64,000 nucleotides of DNA, from assembly GCA_037386965.1 (NCBI GenBank), contig JARRLN010000004.1, positions 197 through 64,196 of the forward strand. Direction: 5' to 3'. The notes beneath the pieces are model-generated. The model saw only the letters and a list, made by a program, of their open reading frames with translations. It ran no database searches and was not told the origin of the DNA. Position 1 is the stretch's first letter, and each line of letters opens with the position of its first letter. The stretch is from Nitrospirota bacterium. GTDB lineage: Bacteria > Nitrospirota > Thermodesulfovibrionia > Thermodesulfovibrionales > JdFR-86. The position numbers and the translations under genes are program-made. Shown piece after piece: positions 35,901-43,774 of the stretch.

Positions 35901-36082
35901 AGCACGTCCTCCCCGAGGACGCGGGACACCTCCTCGGTGTGCTCCACCATGAGGAAGGGCTCCTCCCGGAGGGCGAGCAAAAGGGCCGCGGCCGAGCCCG
36001 CCAGGTTGTACAGGCGCGGCGCGGCGGGCCTCAGGGAGGAATAAAACTCGTCGAGGATGCTGCGGAGCTTGCTCTCTTTCAT
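32945..36082 (-). CDS. mfd: Transcription-repair coupling factor Mfd
   Basis: CarD-like segment GDHVVHSDRGIGRF, helicase motifs GDVGYGKTEVA, DEEHRFG, SATPIPRT, and a TRG/TRCF C-terminal region. Confidence 0.95.
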   Translation of the reverse strand: MKESKLRSILDEFYSSLRPAAPRLYNLAGSAAALLLALREEPFLMVEHTEEVSRVLGEDVLFFRKLLGRTSVPLRRLPEPDGPELAGRRAEALYGLPEGGTASPMLITSEGALEAPQWEPRVLAERVLALGAGDEIAREEAARRLHGLGYRRAPLVTEPGQYSLRGWILDIYPSTDARAMRVEFFGEEIENIRAFDVDTQRSVAEVEGVLVMPAVEPGEGPGILDLLTGVPVLWSGDNHAEPPAGAVVLSRYGFAGEGIEAPALSIAGLGILPGERKDVYSLPGVLQEVGKEHRVIVVSSSEGQAERLRQVFLDGGLIVPRVPLEEVASYAGRYAITVGGLSEGLFLRGLLVLTEKEIFGGRPAYRPLRKSRVSGLLRNVDDLLVGDHVVHSDRGIGRFEGLVRQSVEDVEYDMLVLRYAEGDRLYVPLDAIDRVRKYHAEEGVVPELDSLRSRRWQRTKQRVRKKVQELASRLLKVYAEREVAEGFRFSPDTEMHREFDSFFPYEETPDQLRAVREIKEDMESARPMDRLLCGDVGYGKTEVAMRAAFKAVYDGKQVAVLVPTTLLCEQHHRIFTKRFAAFPVTIDSLSRFKTPGERRQTLRKVKRGEVDIVIATHALLRRDMEFRDLGLLVIDEEHRFGVRQKERIKELKRGVDVLSLSATPIPRTLQMSLSGIRGMSLIETPPEERLAVQSAVSAFDRDLIRSAVQREVDRRGQVFYVHNRIQDIDGVAARLRDIVPLARIAVAHGRMPEGKLEEIMLRFLNREVDVLLSTAIVGAGLDIPTANTIIVDMAHRMGLADLYQLRGRVGRSNVRAYAFFIIPGERVLTDEARKRLQAIQDLSYMGAGFRLAMRDLEIRGAGNLLGPEQSGNIHAVGFDLYVEMLEEAVAGLRGLEVKEAVRTEISLRVDAYVPDDYIEDMALRLSVYRRISGARSPEDLEDIEAEMADRFGPSPPPFGNLLRVRSLGIAAERLHMTEITARDAAVRFTLSPDTELSPGDILSALNGRVRFLPNGFELSAEGDLFEETGAALEALSRAAGGPPGG

Positions 36083-36107
36083 TGTCTCAGAAGGCGCCGG
36101 GCGATTC

Positions 36108-36572
36108 CTATCCGAGGCGGCGAATCCTCTCGATGATGGCCGATGTGGAGATGCCCTCCAGGTAAGGGAGGCTGTACGTCTCCGGGACGAGGTCGGAGCC
36201 CACTATGTCCCCGGGAGCCCAGTCCCCTCCCTTCACCAGCACGTCGGGCGCGAGGAGTCTGATGAGCTCGTAGGGGGTGTCCTCCCCGAAGACGGTCACG
36301 TAGTCCACCATCTCCAGGGCCGAGACCACCTCGGCCCTCTGCGCTTCGGGCACCACCGGCCGCCCGGGCTTCAGGCGGCCGGCCGAGCGGTCGGAGTTGA
36401 CCCCGACCACCAGGACGTCCCCCAGGCGCCCGGCCTCCCTCAGGTAGCGCACATGGCCCAGGTGCAGGATGTCGAAGCATCCGTTGGTGAAGACGACCTT
36501 GCGCCCGGCGGCCCGTTCGGCCTTGAGGAGCCGCCTGAGCTCATCCCGGTCGAGGATGATTTTCGCCCGCAT
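36108..36572 (-). CDS. rfaE: D-glycero-beta-D-manno-heptose-1-phosphate adenylyltransferase (RfaE domain II)
   Basis: [17 protein letters not shown] cytidylyltransferase motif; KGGDW near the C-terminus. Confidence 0.88.
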   Translation of the reverse strand: MRAKIILDRDELRRLLKAERAAGRKVVFTNGCFDILHLGHVRYLREAGRLGDVLVVGVNSDRSAGRLKPGRPVVPEAQRAEVVSALEMVDYVTVFGEDTPYELIRLLAPDVLVKGGDWAPGDIVGSDLVPETYSLPYLEGISTSAIIERIRRLG

Positions 36573-36578
36573 CTCCTT

Positions 36579-37661
36579 CTACGGAATCTCCTGCCCCGTG
36601 ATAATCCGGAGGATGTCGTTATAAAGGGCGAAGGCCATGATCATGATAAGCACGACGATTCCCACCTTCTGGGCCAGGGCGATGGTCTTCTCGCTGAGGG
36701 GCTTGCGCCTGACGGCCTCGATGCCGAGGAAAAGGAGATGGCCGCCGTCCAGGACCGGGATGGGCAGGACGTTGATGATGCCCAGGTTGATGCTGATGAC
36801 GGCCATGAAGGTGAAGAAATCCAGGGCGCCCCGCTCAGCCGTCTGGCCGGCCAGCTGAAAAATGAATATGGGCCCCCCGATGGTCTTGGCGGGAACGACC
36901 CTCTCGATGAGCTTGACGATGGCCACCACCGTGAGGACGCATATCTCCCCGGTCTTCTGAACGCCCGTGACCACGGCCTCGGGGGGGCTCAGCTCCTTGG
37001 TGTACTGCGCCCCGGAGGGCCGGATGCCGATGAGTCCCACCTCCCGGGGCTCGCCGAAGATGTCCTTGACGGTCTTTTTCTCGGGGGTGATGGTGAGGGT
37101 GAGGGTCCTGCCGTCCCTCTTTACGGTGAGGGCAAGCTCCTTGCCCGGGCTCTTTTGAATGACGGCGGACATGCCCGACCACTCGGTTATGGGTGTGCCG
37201 TCTATGGAGACGATTTCGTCGCCCTTCTGAAGCCCGGCCTGCGCCGCCGGCGTGCCTTCCATCACCTCGCCCACCTCGCTTTTCAGGACCGGCACGCCGC
37301 TCATGAAAAGAAGGATGAAGACCACGGCGGCAAAGACGATGTTGAAAACGGGCCCGGAGAAGACGATCAGGAACCTCTTCCAGACGGGCTGGTGGTTGAA
37401 GGCCCTCCTCCTGTCCTCCTCGCTCAGGGGCCGCTCGGCCTCCTCGCCGGGGGATTCCCCCAGCATCTTGACATACCCCCCCAGGGGAAAGGCGCTTATC
37501 ATGTATTCCGTCTCTCCCCGCTTCATCCCCACGAGCTTGGGTCCGAAGCCCAGAGAGAACTTCTCGACCTTCACGCCCACGACCTTGGCAAAGAGGAAGT
37601 GGCCCAGCTCGTGGACGAAAATGAGGATGCCCAGCAGTATGACGGCGTAAAGCAGCGTCAT
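36579..37661 (-). CDS. rseP: RIP metalloprotease RseP (site-2 protease)
   Basis: True start MTLLYAV at 37661 (ATGA overlap with the dxr stop). HELGHF zinc motif, a PDZ segment, and a NLLPIPVLDGGH-like motif (NVLPIPVLDGGH). Confidence 0.92.
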   Translation of the reverse strand: MTLLYAVILLGILIFVHELGHFLFAKVVGVKVEKFSLGFGPKLVGMKRGETEYMISAFPLGGYVKMLGESPGEEAERPLSEEDRRRAFNHQPVWKRFLIVFSGPVFNIVFAAVVFILLFMSGVPVLKSEVGEVMEGTPAAQAGLQKGDEIVSIDGTPITEWSGMSAVIQKSPGKELALTVKRDGRTLTLTITPEKKTVKDIFGEPREVGLIGIRPSGAQYTKELSPPEAVVTGVQKTGEICVLTVVAIVKLIERVVPAKTIGGPIFIFQLAGQTAERGALDFFTFMAVISINLGIINVLPIPVLDGGHLLFLGIEAVRRKPLSEKTIALAQKVGIVVLIMIMAFALYNDILRIITGQEIP

Positions 37662-38836
37662 CTGCGGGCCCTCGTGCGCCCCTGGGAGGACGAGGCGGTT
37701 CCCACCAGCTCCAGAGCCCTCCCGGCCGCCCACCGGTGGGCCTCGAGGACCGCCTCGAGGTCGTCCGCCCGGGCGGCCGTGTGCTCTCCCATGCTCTGCC
37801 GTATGACGACCGGGATGTCCGTAAAGGCCAGCCTGCCCTGGAGGAACGCCTCCACGGCGACCTCGTTGGCGGCGTTCAGCACCGCCGGCATCGTCCCGCC
37901 GGCCCGGAGGGCCTCGTAGGCGTAGGCAAGGCAGGGAAAACGCTCCGTATCGGGCTCATGGAAGCTCAGTGTGCCCACCTCCGCCAGGTCCAGCCTTTCG
38001 ATGACGCCGTCCAGCCTCTGGGGATAGGACAGGGCATAGGCGATGGCCCCCCGCATGTCCGGGACCGAGAGCTGCGCGAGCAAGGAGCCGTCAACGAACT
38101 CCACCAGGGAGTGCACGATGCTCTGGGGATGTACGACAACGCCGATGCGCTCGGGCCCCAGGTCGAAGAGGTGGTGGGCCTCGATGACCTCCAGGCCCTT
38201 GTTCATGAGGGTGGCGGAATCCACGGTAATCTTTCGGCCCATGCTCCAACTGGGATGCCGGAGGGCTTCCTCGGGGGTGACTTCGCGGAGCTCCCCGGCG
38301 CTTTTGTGGACGAAGGGCCCGCCCGAGGCGGTCAGCACGATGCGCCGAAGGTGCTCCCGGCCCCCGCCCTCCAGGCACTGAAACACCGCGCTGTGCTCGC
38401 TGTCCACCGGAAGGATGCGGGCGCCGTGCTCCCGCGCGGCCCTCCGGACGACCGCCCCGGCGATGACCAGGGTCTCCTTGTTCGCCAGCCCCACGGTCTT
38501 TCCCGCCCCAAGGGCGGCCAGCGTGGGGGCGAGGCCCGCGGAGCCCTCAATGGCGGAGATGACAATGTCGGCGCCCGGGTGGCGGGCCACCTCCTCAAGC
38601 CCTTCGGGCCCGTCGAGGACGGGCACCCGGCAGCCGGCCTTCACGGTGCGGGCCGCCTCGCCGTCGAAGACGGCCACCACCTCCGGTGAGAAATCCCGCA
38701 CCTGCCTGAGGAGCAGGTCGTGGTTGCGCCGTGCGGCGAGCCCCACCACCCGGAACAGGCCGGGGTGCTCGGCCACCACAGAGAGAGTGCTCCGCCCGAT
38801 GGAGCCCGTGGAACCAAGAACGACTATGTTTTTCAT
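37658..38836 (-). CDS. dxr: 1-deoxy-D-xylulose-5-phosphate reductoisomerase
   Basis: VLGSTGSIG, LANKE, DSEHSA, and HPQSIVHS-like motifs. Confidence 0.95.
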   Translation of the reverse strand: MKNIVVLGSTGSIGRSTLSVVAEHPGLFRVVGLAARRNHDLLLRQVRDFSPEVVAVFDGEAARTVKAGCRVPVLDGPEGLEEVARHPGADIVISAIEGSAGLAPTLAALGAGKTVGLANKETLVIAGAVVRRAAREHGARILPVDSEHSAVFQCLEGGGREHLRRIVLTASGGPFVHKSAGELREVTPEEALRHPSWSMGRKITVDSATLMNKGLEVIEAHHLFDLGPERIGVVVHPQSIVHSLVEFVDGSLLAQLSVPDMRGAIAYALSYPQRLDGVIERLDLAEVGTLSFHEPDTERFPCLAYAYEALRAGGTMPAVLNAANEVAVEAFLQGRLAFTDIPVVIRQSMGEHTAARADDLEAVLEAHRWAAGRALELVGTASSSQGRTRARR

Positions 38837-38978
38837 TGATTTTCAGGGCCGAACACGCGGCCCTCTATACAATACCATAAGCCCGGGGCAAAGAAAACGC
38901 GCCCCCCGCGCTCCGGGGAAAAAGGACGCAATGCCGGGAGAACAGCAGAGCCCAACCCCCCTGGGCCGCACACAGGGC

Positions 38979-39470
38979 TTACCGGACCTCGAGCTGGACT
39001 TTCTTCTCCTTGGCGGCCGCCGTCTTGGGAACGCGGACCTCCAGGACGCCGTCCTTGAAAGCGGCCGTGGCCTTGTCGCTCTGCACCTCCGCCGGTAGCG
39101 GCAGAGACCGCGTGAAGGCCCCGTAGGAGCGCTCGACGCGATAGTAGTCCTTTCTCTGCACCTTCTCCTGCATCTTCTTCTCCCCGGAGATGGTCACCAC
39201 GGTATCGTCCACGCTGACGTCGATGTCCTCTTTCCGCACCCCCGGCAGCTCCGCCTTCACCACCACCTGGTCATCGTCCTCGTACATGTCCACCGCGGGA
39301 AAGGCCGTCTCCGCCGTCTCGGCCCATCGCGGGGAAGGCAGCCACCGGCGGCCGAAACGCCTGCCGAAGAACGTCTCGAACATCCGGTCCATCTCCTCGA
39401 AAAGCGACGGCGCGCCCCAGTTTCCCCCGTAGGGCCCAATCTCACCCTTTCCCTTTTTCTCCCGAGCCAT
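38979..39470 (-). CDS. Hsp20/alpha-crystallin small heat-shock protein
   Basis: PAVDMYEDDDQVVVKAELPGV, ERSYGAFTRSLPLP, GVLEVRVPK motifs. SD GGAAGGAG. Confidence 0.92.
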   Translation of the reverse strand: MAREKKGKGEIGPYGGNWGAPSLFEEMDRMFETFFGRRFGRRWLPSPRWAETAETAFPAVDMYEDDDQVVVKAELPGVRKEDIDVSVDDTVVTISGEKKMQEKVQRKDYYRVERSYGAFTRSLPLPAEVQSDKATAAFKDGVLEVRVPKTAAAKEKKVQLEVR

Positions 39471-39584
39471 GTTTACTCCTTCCGTATTGATATGTTGCTC
39501 CGAACGGTCCCGTTCACAGGGAAAAGCCTATCACAGAAACACCAGCGGGAGAAGGTTCCCGCGTTGACGAAAGCGGTCCCTCCC

Positions 39585-39959
39585 TCAGAACGTGAGGGCC
39601 TGCCTCTCAAGGAGCATCTCCCCGAGAAAAGAGCCGGGCTTTATCTCGGCATTGGCGATGAGCTCGGCCTGGTCCAGGCCGTAGTGCTTCACGCAAGAGG
39701 CGCAGACGTAAAAGGTCACGCCGAAGTCCTCCACGAGGGTCTTCATCAGCTCGTGGATGGGGGAGAACTCGTCCTTTTTCTGCCACGTCAGGGTTTCGGC
39801 GAACCCCTTCCTGGCCAGGGGGGCGGCGTTGTCCATGAGAAAGAAATCCAGCTCGATGTCCAGGGCCTTCATGTTGGTGGCAAGCTGCAAGGCCCCGGCC
39901 GTGACGTCGGGCCTGTCGAAGGACGAGGTGAGGATGAAGACGAACTTCTTGTTCTCCAT
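39585..39959 (-). CDS. DsrE/DsrF-like sulfur-relay family protein (124 aa)
   Basis: KFVFILTS...FFLMDNAAPLA...FYVCASC pattern of the DsrE-like fold. Starts 2 nt after the DUF134 stop. Confidence 0.75.
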   Translation of the reverse strand: MENKKFVFILTSSFDRPDVTAGALQLATNMKALDIELDFFLMDNAAPLARKGFAETLTWQKKDEFSPIHELMKTLVEDFGVTFYVCASCVKHYGLDQAELIANAEIKPGSFLGEMLLERQALTF

Positions 39960-39961
39960 GG

Positions 39962-40288
39962 TTAGCCTCCTTTGGGTTTTTTCTCCGTATCGCGGTTCTT
40001 CGCGCAGACGGTCTCCTCAAGGACGATGGCCCTGCAGTCGGTCAGGGCCAGGGCAGCCTTGCCCCGTGCGCCGGTCAGTATCCGCTGCACGGTGCCCCGG
40101 GAAACGCCCATCCGCTTGCCGGCCTCCTCCTGGGTGAGGCCCTCCCGGTCGCAAAGGCGGAGGGCCTCAAGCTCGTCGGGGTACATGGTCACCGTCCGAA
40201 GCTCGGCCAGGGGGATGCCCGCGGGCTTGAAGGCCTCTCCCTTGAAGACGCACCGGCAGCGGCGGGGTTTCTTCAGGCGGGGGGACAC
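39962..40288 (-). CDS. DUF134 (UPF0251) putative DNA-binding protein (108 aa)
   Basis: FKPAGIPL...DELEALRL.D.EGL.QEEA...MGVSR.T..RIL pattern. GTG start with AAGAGG SD. Confidence 0.85.
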   Translation of the reverse strand: MSPRLKKPRRCRCVFKGEAFKPAGIPLAELRTVTMYPDELEALRLCDREGLTQEEAGKRMGVSRGTVQRILTGARGKAALALTDCRAIVLEETVCAKNRDTEKKPKGG

Positions 40289-40304
40289 GGGCGCGCCTCT
40301 TTTT

Positions 40305-40346
40305 TGTGCATATGCACATTTTAAGGCTTATGAGGCGGCTTGTCAA
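40305..40346 (-). promoter_or_regulatory. Strong sigma-70 promoter (TTGACA-17-TAAAAT) with an abutting 14-bp perfect palindrome operator candidate
   Basis: On the minus strand: TTGACA at 40346..40341 and TAAAAT at 40323..40318. The palindrome TGTGCATATGCACA at 40318..40305 covers the predicted TSS. Confidence 0.6.
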
Positions 40347-40365
40347 ACAAAAGGAGGGCCGGGAG

Positions 40366-40428
40366 AAAAACCGCCGGCCCCCCTCCGGGGGCCGGCGGAG
40401 CAAAAATCGCGGGCGCCTTCAGGCGCCC
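40366..40428 (-). terminator. Tandem intrinsic terminators after the P460-DUF2892 unit
   Basis: On the minus strand: GGGCGCC-tgaa-GGCGCCC followed by GCGATTTTT, then CCGCCGGCCCCC-ggag-GGGGGCCGGCGG followed by TTTTT. Confidence 0.75.
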
Positions 40429-40481
40429 TGGCCTTCTTTCTTTTCCTTGTGGGTGCTTATCCCGAGCACCGCCCAGAGCGG

Positions 40482-40640
40482 TCAAAAACTGACAAACGCG
40501 GTGACAACGAGGATGGCGCCCACGACCACCAGAACAACCTCTCCCCAGGTGGCCATGGAGACGACAAGACCGATAACGATGCCCGCGATGCCCAGGACGA
40601 TGCGCACCACGCGGTCAAGGCCGCCGACGTTTTTCTTCAT
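40482..40640 (-). CDS. DUF2892 (YgaP-like) small membrane protein, 52 aa, absent from the ORF track
   Basis: Manual translation gives MKKNVGGLDRVVRIVLGIAGIVIGLVVSMATWGEVVLVVVGAILVVTAFVSF. SD GGAGGGAGG. The N-terminal MKKNVG.DR..RI..G motif is typical of DUF2892. Confidence 0.7.
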   Translation of the reverse strand: MKKNVGGLDRVVRIVLGIAGIVIGLVVSMATWGEVVLVVVGAILVVTAFVSF

Positions 40641-40669
40641 GCCTGCTCACCTCCCTCCGAGACGGGGGT

Positions 40670-41188
40670 TCAATAAGGGGCCACCTTGCCCGTGAAGATG
40701 AAGTCGTTGTTTTCCCTGGTCCCGTGGCAGTCGATGCAGGTCTTCACCTTGCCCCCGGCCTGGACCTCCCCCTCGGGCGTGTACTTCGCGAAGAACCAGT
40801 CGTCTGCCGAGGGGTTGTAGCCCTTTATCTTGTACATCACCGTGATTGCCACCAGTTTCTTCTCCGGGTTGTAATTTTCCTTGACGAGGATGGCCCCGTC
40901 CTTCATCCGGGAAGCGTACTGCGCGGCGAAATGCGCCGTGTCGTTCGTGTAAAGCGTCAGGTAGGCGCCGTGGGGCTCCCGCCCCTCGTAGAGCTTTCCC
41001 TTCCCCGGCCAGAGGTCCCACTGATGGTACGGGTCGGTCCTGCTGATATACGTCCACAGGCTCCCGGCGTCCGCCCGGGGCAGGGTCTTGGCACTTTCGG
41101 CGGGCTGGGTCTCATGGATGGCGAAGGCCGCAACCGTCAGGCCCAGGATAACGGCCAGAATCAGAAAAATCTTCGATACATTACGCAT
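40670..41188 (-). CDS. Cytochrome P460 family protein (172 aa)
   Basis: Signal peptide. DGAILVKE...DWFFAKY...CIDCH heme-binding motif near the C-terminus. Confidence 0.75.
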   Translation of the reverse strand: MRNVSKIFLILAVILGLTVAAFAIHETQPAESAKTLPRADAGSLWTYISRTDPYHQWDLWPGKGKLYEGREPHGAYLTLYTNDTAHFAAQYASRMKDGAILVKENYNPEKKLVAITVMYKIKGYNPSADDWFFAKYTPEGEVQAGGKVKTCIDCHGTRENNDFIFTGKVAPY

Positions 41189-41211
41189 TTTCGTGCCCTC
41201 CTTATACTAAG

Positions 41212-41239
41212 AGTTTACAACCCCGAGAGGGGATGTCAA
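41212..41239 (-). promoter_or_regulatory. Sigma-70-like promoter (TTGACA-16-TAAACT) for the P460 gene
   Basis: On the minus strand: TTGACA at 41239..41234 and TAAACT at 41217..41212. SD AAGGAGGG lies before ATG 41188. Confidence 0.5.
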
Positions 41240-41351
41240 GGGCCGGATACAGGGGACATTACCGTATTGGGTGGCCTCGTATTTCTTTCCTTGGGCTGGC
41301 GAGAATAAAGACAAGGACAGGCGGCGACCGGCCATTCCAGGTGTCCGCATT

Positions 41352-42047
41352 TCAGCCTCCCTGCGTCTGTCTCGACCTGTCCACGATATCCATGACCTCC
41401 TCGTCCGTCAGGTCATGCCAGTGCATGTAGGCCTCGGCCACGGCGAAGGGAAACCCGCTGCGGACATTGAGGCAGGCCACCAGGTCGGCCTCTCTCTGCA
41501 CCGTCCGGACGGTGCGCAGGGAGGCCGTGGGCACGGCCACGACGAGGGAGCCCGCCCCGCGGCGCCCGAGGAACCCCAGGGCGGCCAGCATGGTGTAGCC
41601 CGAGGCCAGGCCGTCGTCGGTCACGATGACCCGGCGGCCCCGGACATCGGGAAAGGGCCTTCCGTGCCGGTACGTCTCGTTGCGGTGCTCCATGACCTTC
41701 CTGGTCCGCTCGGCCTCGCGCTCGATGTCCTCCCTGCCCAGGCCCAGCCCCCTGAGCAGCGTGTCGTTCAGAACCATGCGGCCGTCGGGGGCCAGGGCCC
41801 CGAAACCGGCCTCGGGATTGCCGGGAATCCGGAGCTTGCGCACCACCAGGAGGTCGAACGCAAGCCCGAGACCCTTCATAAGCGCGTAGCCCACCGGCAC
41901 GCCTCCGGCCGGTATGCCCAGGACAAGCTCGTCCCCCCTCGCCTCCGCCCTCAGAAACTCCGCCAGGCGCCTGCCCGCATCCACCCTGTCCCGGAAGATG
42001 AACCTCCGGTCCCTCAGCGTCCTGTCCTCCAGAAGCCTTCCCGCCAC
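41352..42047 (-). CDS. Phosphoribosyltransferase-family protein (231 aa)
   Basis: VLGIPAGGVPVG and the PRPP-binding loop VIVTDDGLASGYTM. Confidence 0.85.
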   Translation of the reverse strand: MAGRLLEDRTLRDRRFIFRDRVDAGRRLAEFLRAEARGDELVLGIPAGGVPVGYALMKGLGLAFDLLVVRKLRIPGNPEAGFGALAPDGRMVLNDTLLRGLGLGREDIEREAERTRKVMEHRNETYRHGRPFPDVRGRRVIVTDDGLASGYTMLAALGFLGRRGAGSLVVAVPTASLRTVRTVQREADLVACLNVRSGFPFAVAEAYMHWHDLTDEEVMDIVDRSRQTQGG

Positions 42048-42075
42048 TACCCTCCAGGGCCTTCCGGCCCCCTGG

Positions 42076-42813
42076 TCAGAGCGTATTCAGATACGCCACG
42101 ATGTCCTCCAGCTGCTTCTTGTCCAGGTAGGCGAAGGAGGGCATCTTCCTATAGGGATGCTGGAGCTGCTTGACCACGTTTTCAACCGTTGCCGGCCTGC
42201 CGCTCACCGGCAGCACCTCCCTCTTGAGAATGCCCTTGTGCCCGGGGCCCACCACCGTCTCCCTGCCGTTGGGGTCATGGCAGAAGGTGCACTTGTCCTC
42301 GTAAAGCCTCCTTCCCGCCTGGATGCTCGCCTCATCCGTCTTGAGCACGATGTCGGCGGGCTTGACCATGGCCCCGGCCGGCGGCGGGGGCCTGAGCTCC
42401 CCGAAACCCACCACGAGCATGTAGTACCCTCCCGAAACGCCGACCATGGCCAGGCTCAGAAGGCCGATGAGGATGCCCAGGACCTTGGCCTGCTCGTAGT
42501 ACTTCCTGTAGAAGTGAATGGAGACGACCTTGAGCAGAAGGAGCAGGAAGACGCCGAGGGCCAGGAGCCCGTGCAACGCCACCCGCGGGGAGGGCTCTGC
42601 CTGGCTCCTCTTGAGGTACCCCAGGCAGAGATAGCCGATGTAAAGAAACAGGATGACATAGAGGACGCCGTTTATCTTGTGCAGCCGGATTATCTTTCGG
42701 GCGTCGTACCTGGCCTCGGCCTTGCCGAAGACCTCGAACATCGTGAACATCCCGAAGAGGACGGTGGCCAGAAGCACGATGGAAAGGAGCGATTTATAAA
42801 GGAGTAAAGGCAT
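42076..42813 (-). CDS. Membrane protein (4-5 TM) with C-terminal mono-heme c-type cytochrome domain (245 aa)
   Basis: Hydrophobic N-terminal two thirds. C-terminal GRRLYEDKCTFCHDPNG (CxxCH) and a distal Met (YRKMPSF). Confidence 0.75.
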   Translation of the reverse strand: MPLLLYKSLLSIVLLATVLFGMFTMFEVFGKAEARYDARKIIRLHKINGVLYVILFLYIGYLCLGYLKRSQAEPSPRVALHGLLALGVFLLLLLKVVSIHFYRKYYEQAKVLGILIGLLSLAMVGVSGGYYMLVVGFGELRPPPPAGAMVKPADIVLKTDEASIQAGRRLYEDKCTFCHDPNGRETVVGPGHKGILKREVLPVSGRPATVENVVKQLQHPYRKMPSFAYLDKKQLEDIVAYLNTL

Positions 42814-43017
42814 CTCCCCCGTCTCGGAAGTCCGAACTTACCACCGGTTAGTTTTTATCTTCGCATTGAAGCCCTGAAAACACCTTATACTCCATGCACT
42901 TTAGGGCATTGATACGTGAACCATATCATGCTCCCGGTAGTAAGGCGATTGTAGCAGAGGCAGGGGGGTGCCGCAACGCGATACGTGCCTGATGAGCCTT
43001 CCCCCGTAAGCACGGGT

Positions 43018-43467
43018 TCAGTAGGTGGAGGGGTCCTCCGGGGGGAGCTCCTCTTCGTCGAAGGGAAGGACCCCGAGCTGGGTGAAGACGTCCTCCAGCT
43101 TGCCGAGCATGCCCTCCCGGTCGAAGCCCTCCTCGAGCCTGAAGGCCAGGGCGCCGTCCACCATGTCCGTCACCTCCTGGTAGTCGAGCCGCCCGTCCAG
43201 GACGCCCGAGCGGACCAGGATGCCGTAGACGGTGCGCTCGTCCCCGAGGTCCTCGCCCTCCCTGATGTCCAGGCGCGCACGAAGCTCGGGCTTGAGGAGG
43301 TGCCACTCCATGGCGTGCACGAGGGCGTCGTAGAGGGTGATGAAGGCGTAGGAGACCTTCCCCTGCCTCAGGCGGCGCCGTCCCGCCCGGATGTGCAGCT
43401 TCGCCCGCATGAGGGCGGCTCGCTCCGGTCCCAGGGCATCGGCATCCATGAGGCCGAAATGGGGCAT
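43018..43467 (-). CDS. Hypothetical protein (149 aa), apparently leaderless
   Basis: ORF track entry. High GC3. TATAAT at 43479..43474 lies exactly 6 nt upstream of the ATG, and there is no SD. No family recognised. Confidence 0.6.
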   Translation of the reverse strand: MPHFGLMDADALGPERAALMRAKLHIRAGRRRLRQGKVSYAFITLYDALVHAMEWHLLKPELRARLDIREGEDLGDERTVYGILVRSGVLDGRLDYQEVTDMVDGALAFRLEEGFDREGMLGKLEDVFTQLGVLPFDEEELPPEDPSTY

Positions 43468-43518
43468 GGCCCTATTATACTCCCCTGGGGACGGGGGTTT
43501 TTATTTCCTGCCGAAAAG

Positions 43519-43547
43519 GTGATTTTAATCACATTTTGCGCTACAAT
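43519..43547 (+). promoter_or_regulatory. Promoter for the leaderless Cys-rich small gene, with a 5-4-5 inverted repeat
   Basis: GTGATTTTAATCAC at 43519-43532 over the -35 position. TACAAT at 43542-43547, then 6 nt, then ATG 43554. Confidence 0.45.
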
Positions 43548-43553
43548 AGGGTC

Positions 43554-43763
43554 ATGAAGAGGGATTTGCTCAGAGAGAAGAAATTCTCGGAGACGACGGG
43601 CAAGCTGCATCTCCCCTGCCCCCACGAGGGGCGCTCGGGAATCTGTGTGCATGTCGTCCTCCGGGACGGCTGCTGCTACCGGTCCGACCAGTGCCTGGTG
43701 ATGGACTGCAAGTACAACAGCACCCAGAGCGACCTGCGCAAGATCCTCTCCCTCACGTGGTAA
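43554..43763 (+). CDS. Cys-rich small protein (69 aa)
   Basis: MKRDLL...LPCPHEGRSGICVHVVLRDGCCYRSDQCLVMDCKY has 7 Cys and 2 His. The ORF-track TTG start at 43536 would include the -10 box, so ATG 43554 is preferred. Its stop lies 11 nt before the DUF763 gene. Confidence 0.55.
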   Translation: MKRDLLREKKFSETTGKLHLPCPHEGRSGICVHVVLRDGCCYRSDQCLVMDCKYNSTQSDLRKILSLTW

Positions 43764-43774
43764 CCTGAGAGAGC

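Noticed and set aside
39471-39584. Sigma-32 or sigma-54 type promoter upstream of hsp20.
   Set aside because: Only loose resemblance (CCCTGTGAA...CATATCA). No GG-N10-GC element. Not supportable without TSS data.
43536-43553. TTG start (ORF track) for the Cys-rich small protein.
   Set aside because: This start would place the TACAAT -10 box inside the coding region. ATG 43554, 6 nt after the box, fits the leaderless pattern seen elsewhere in the window.
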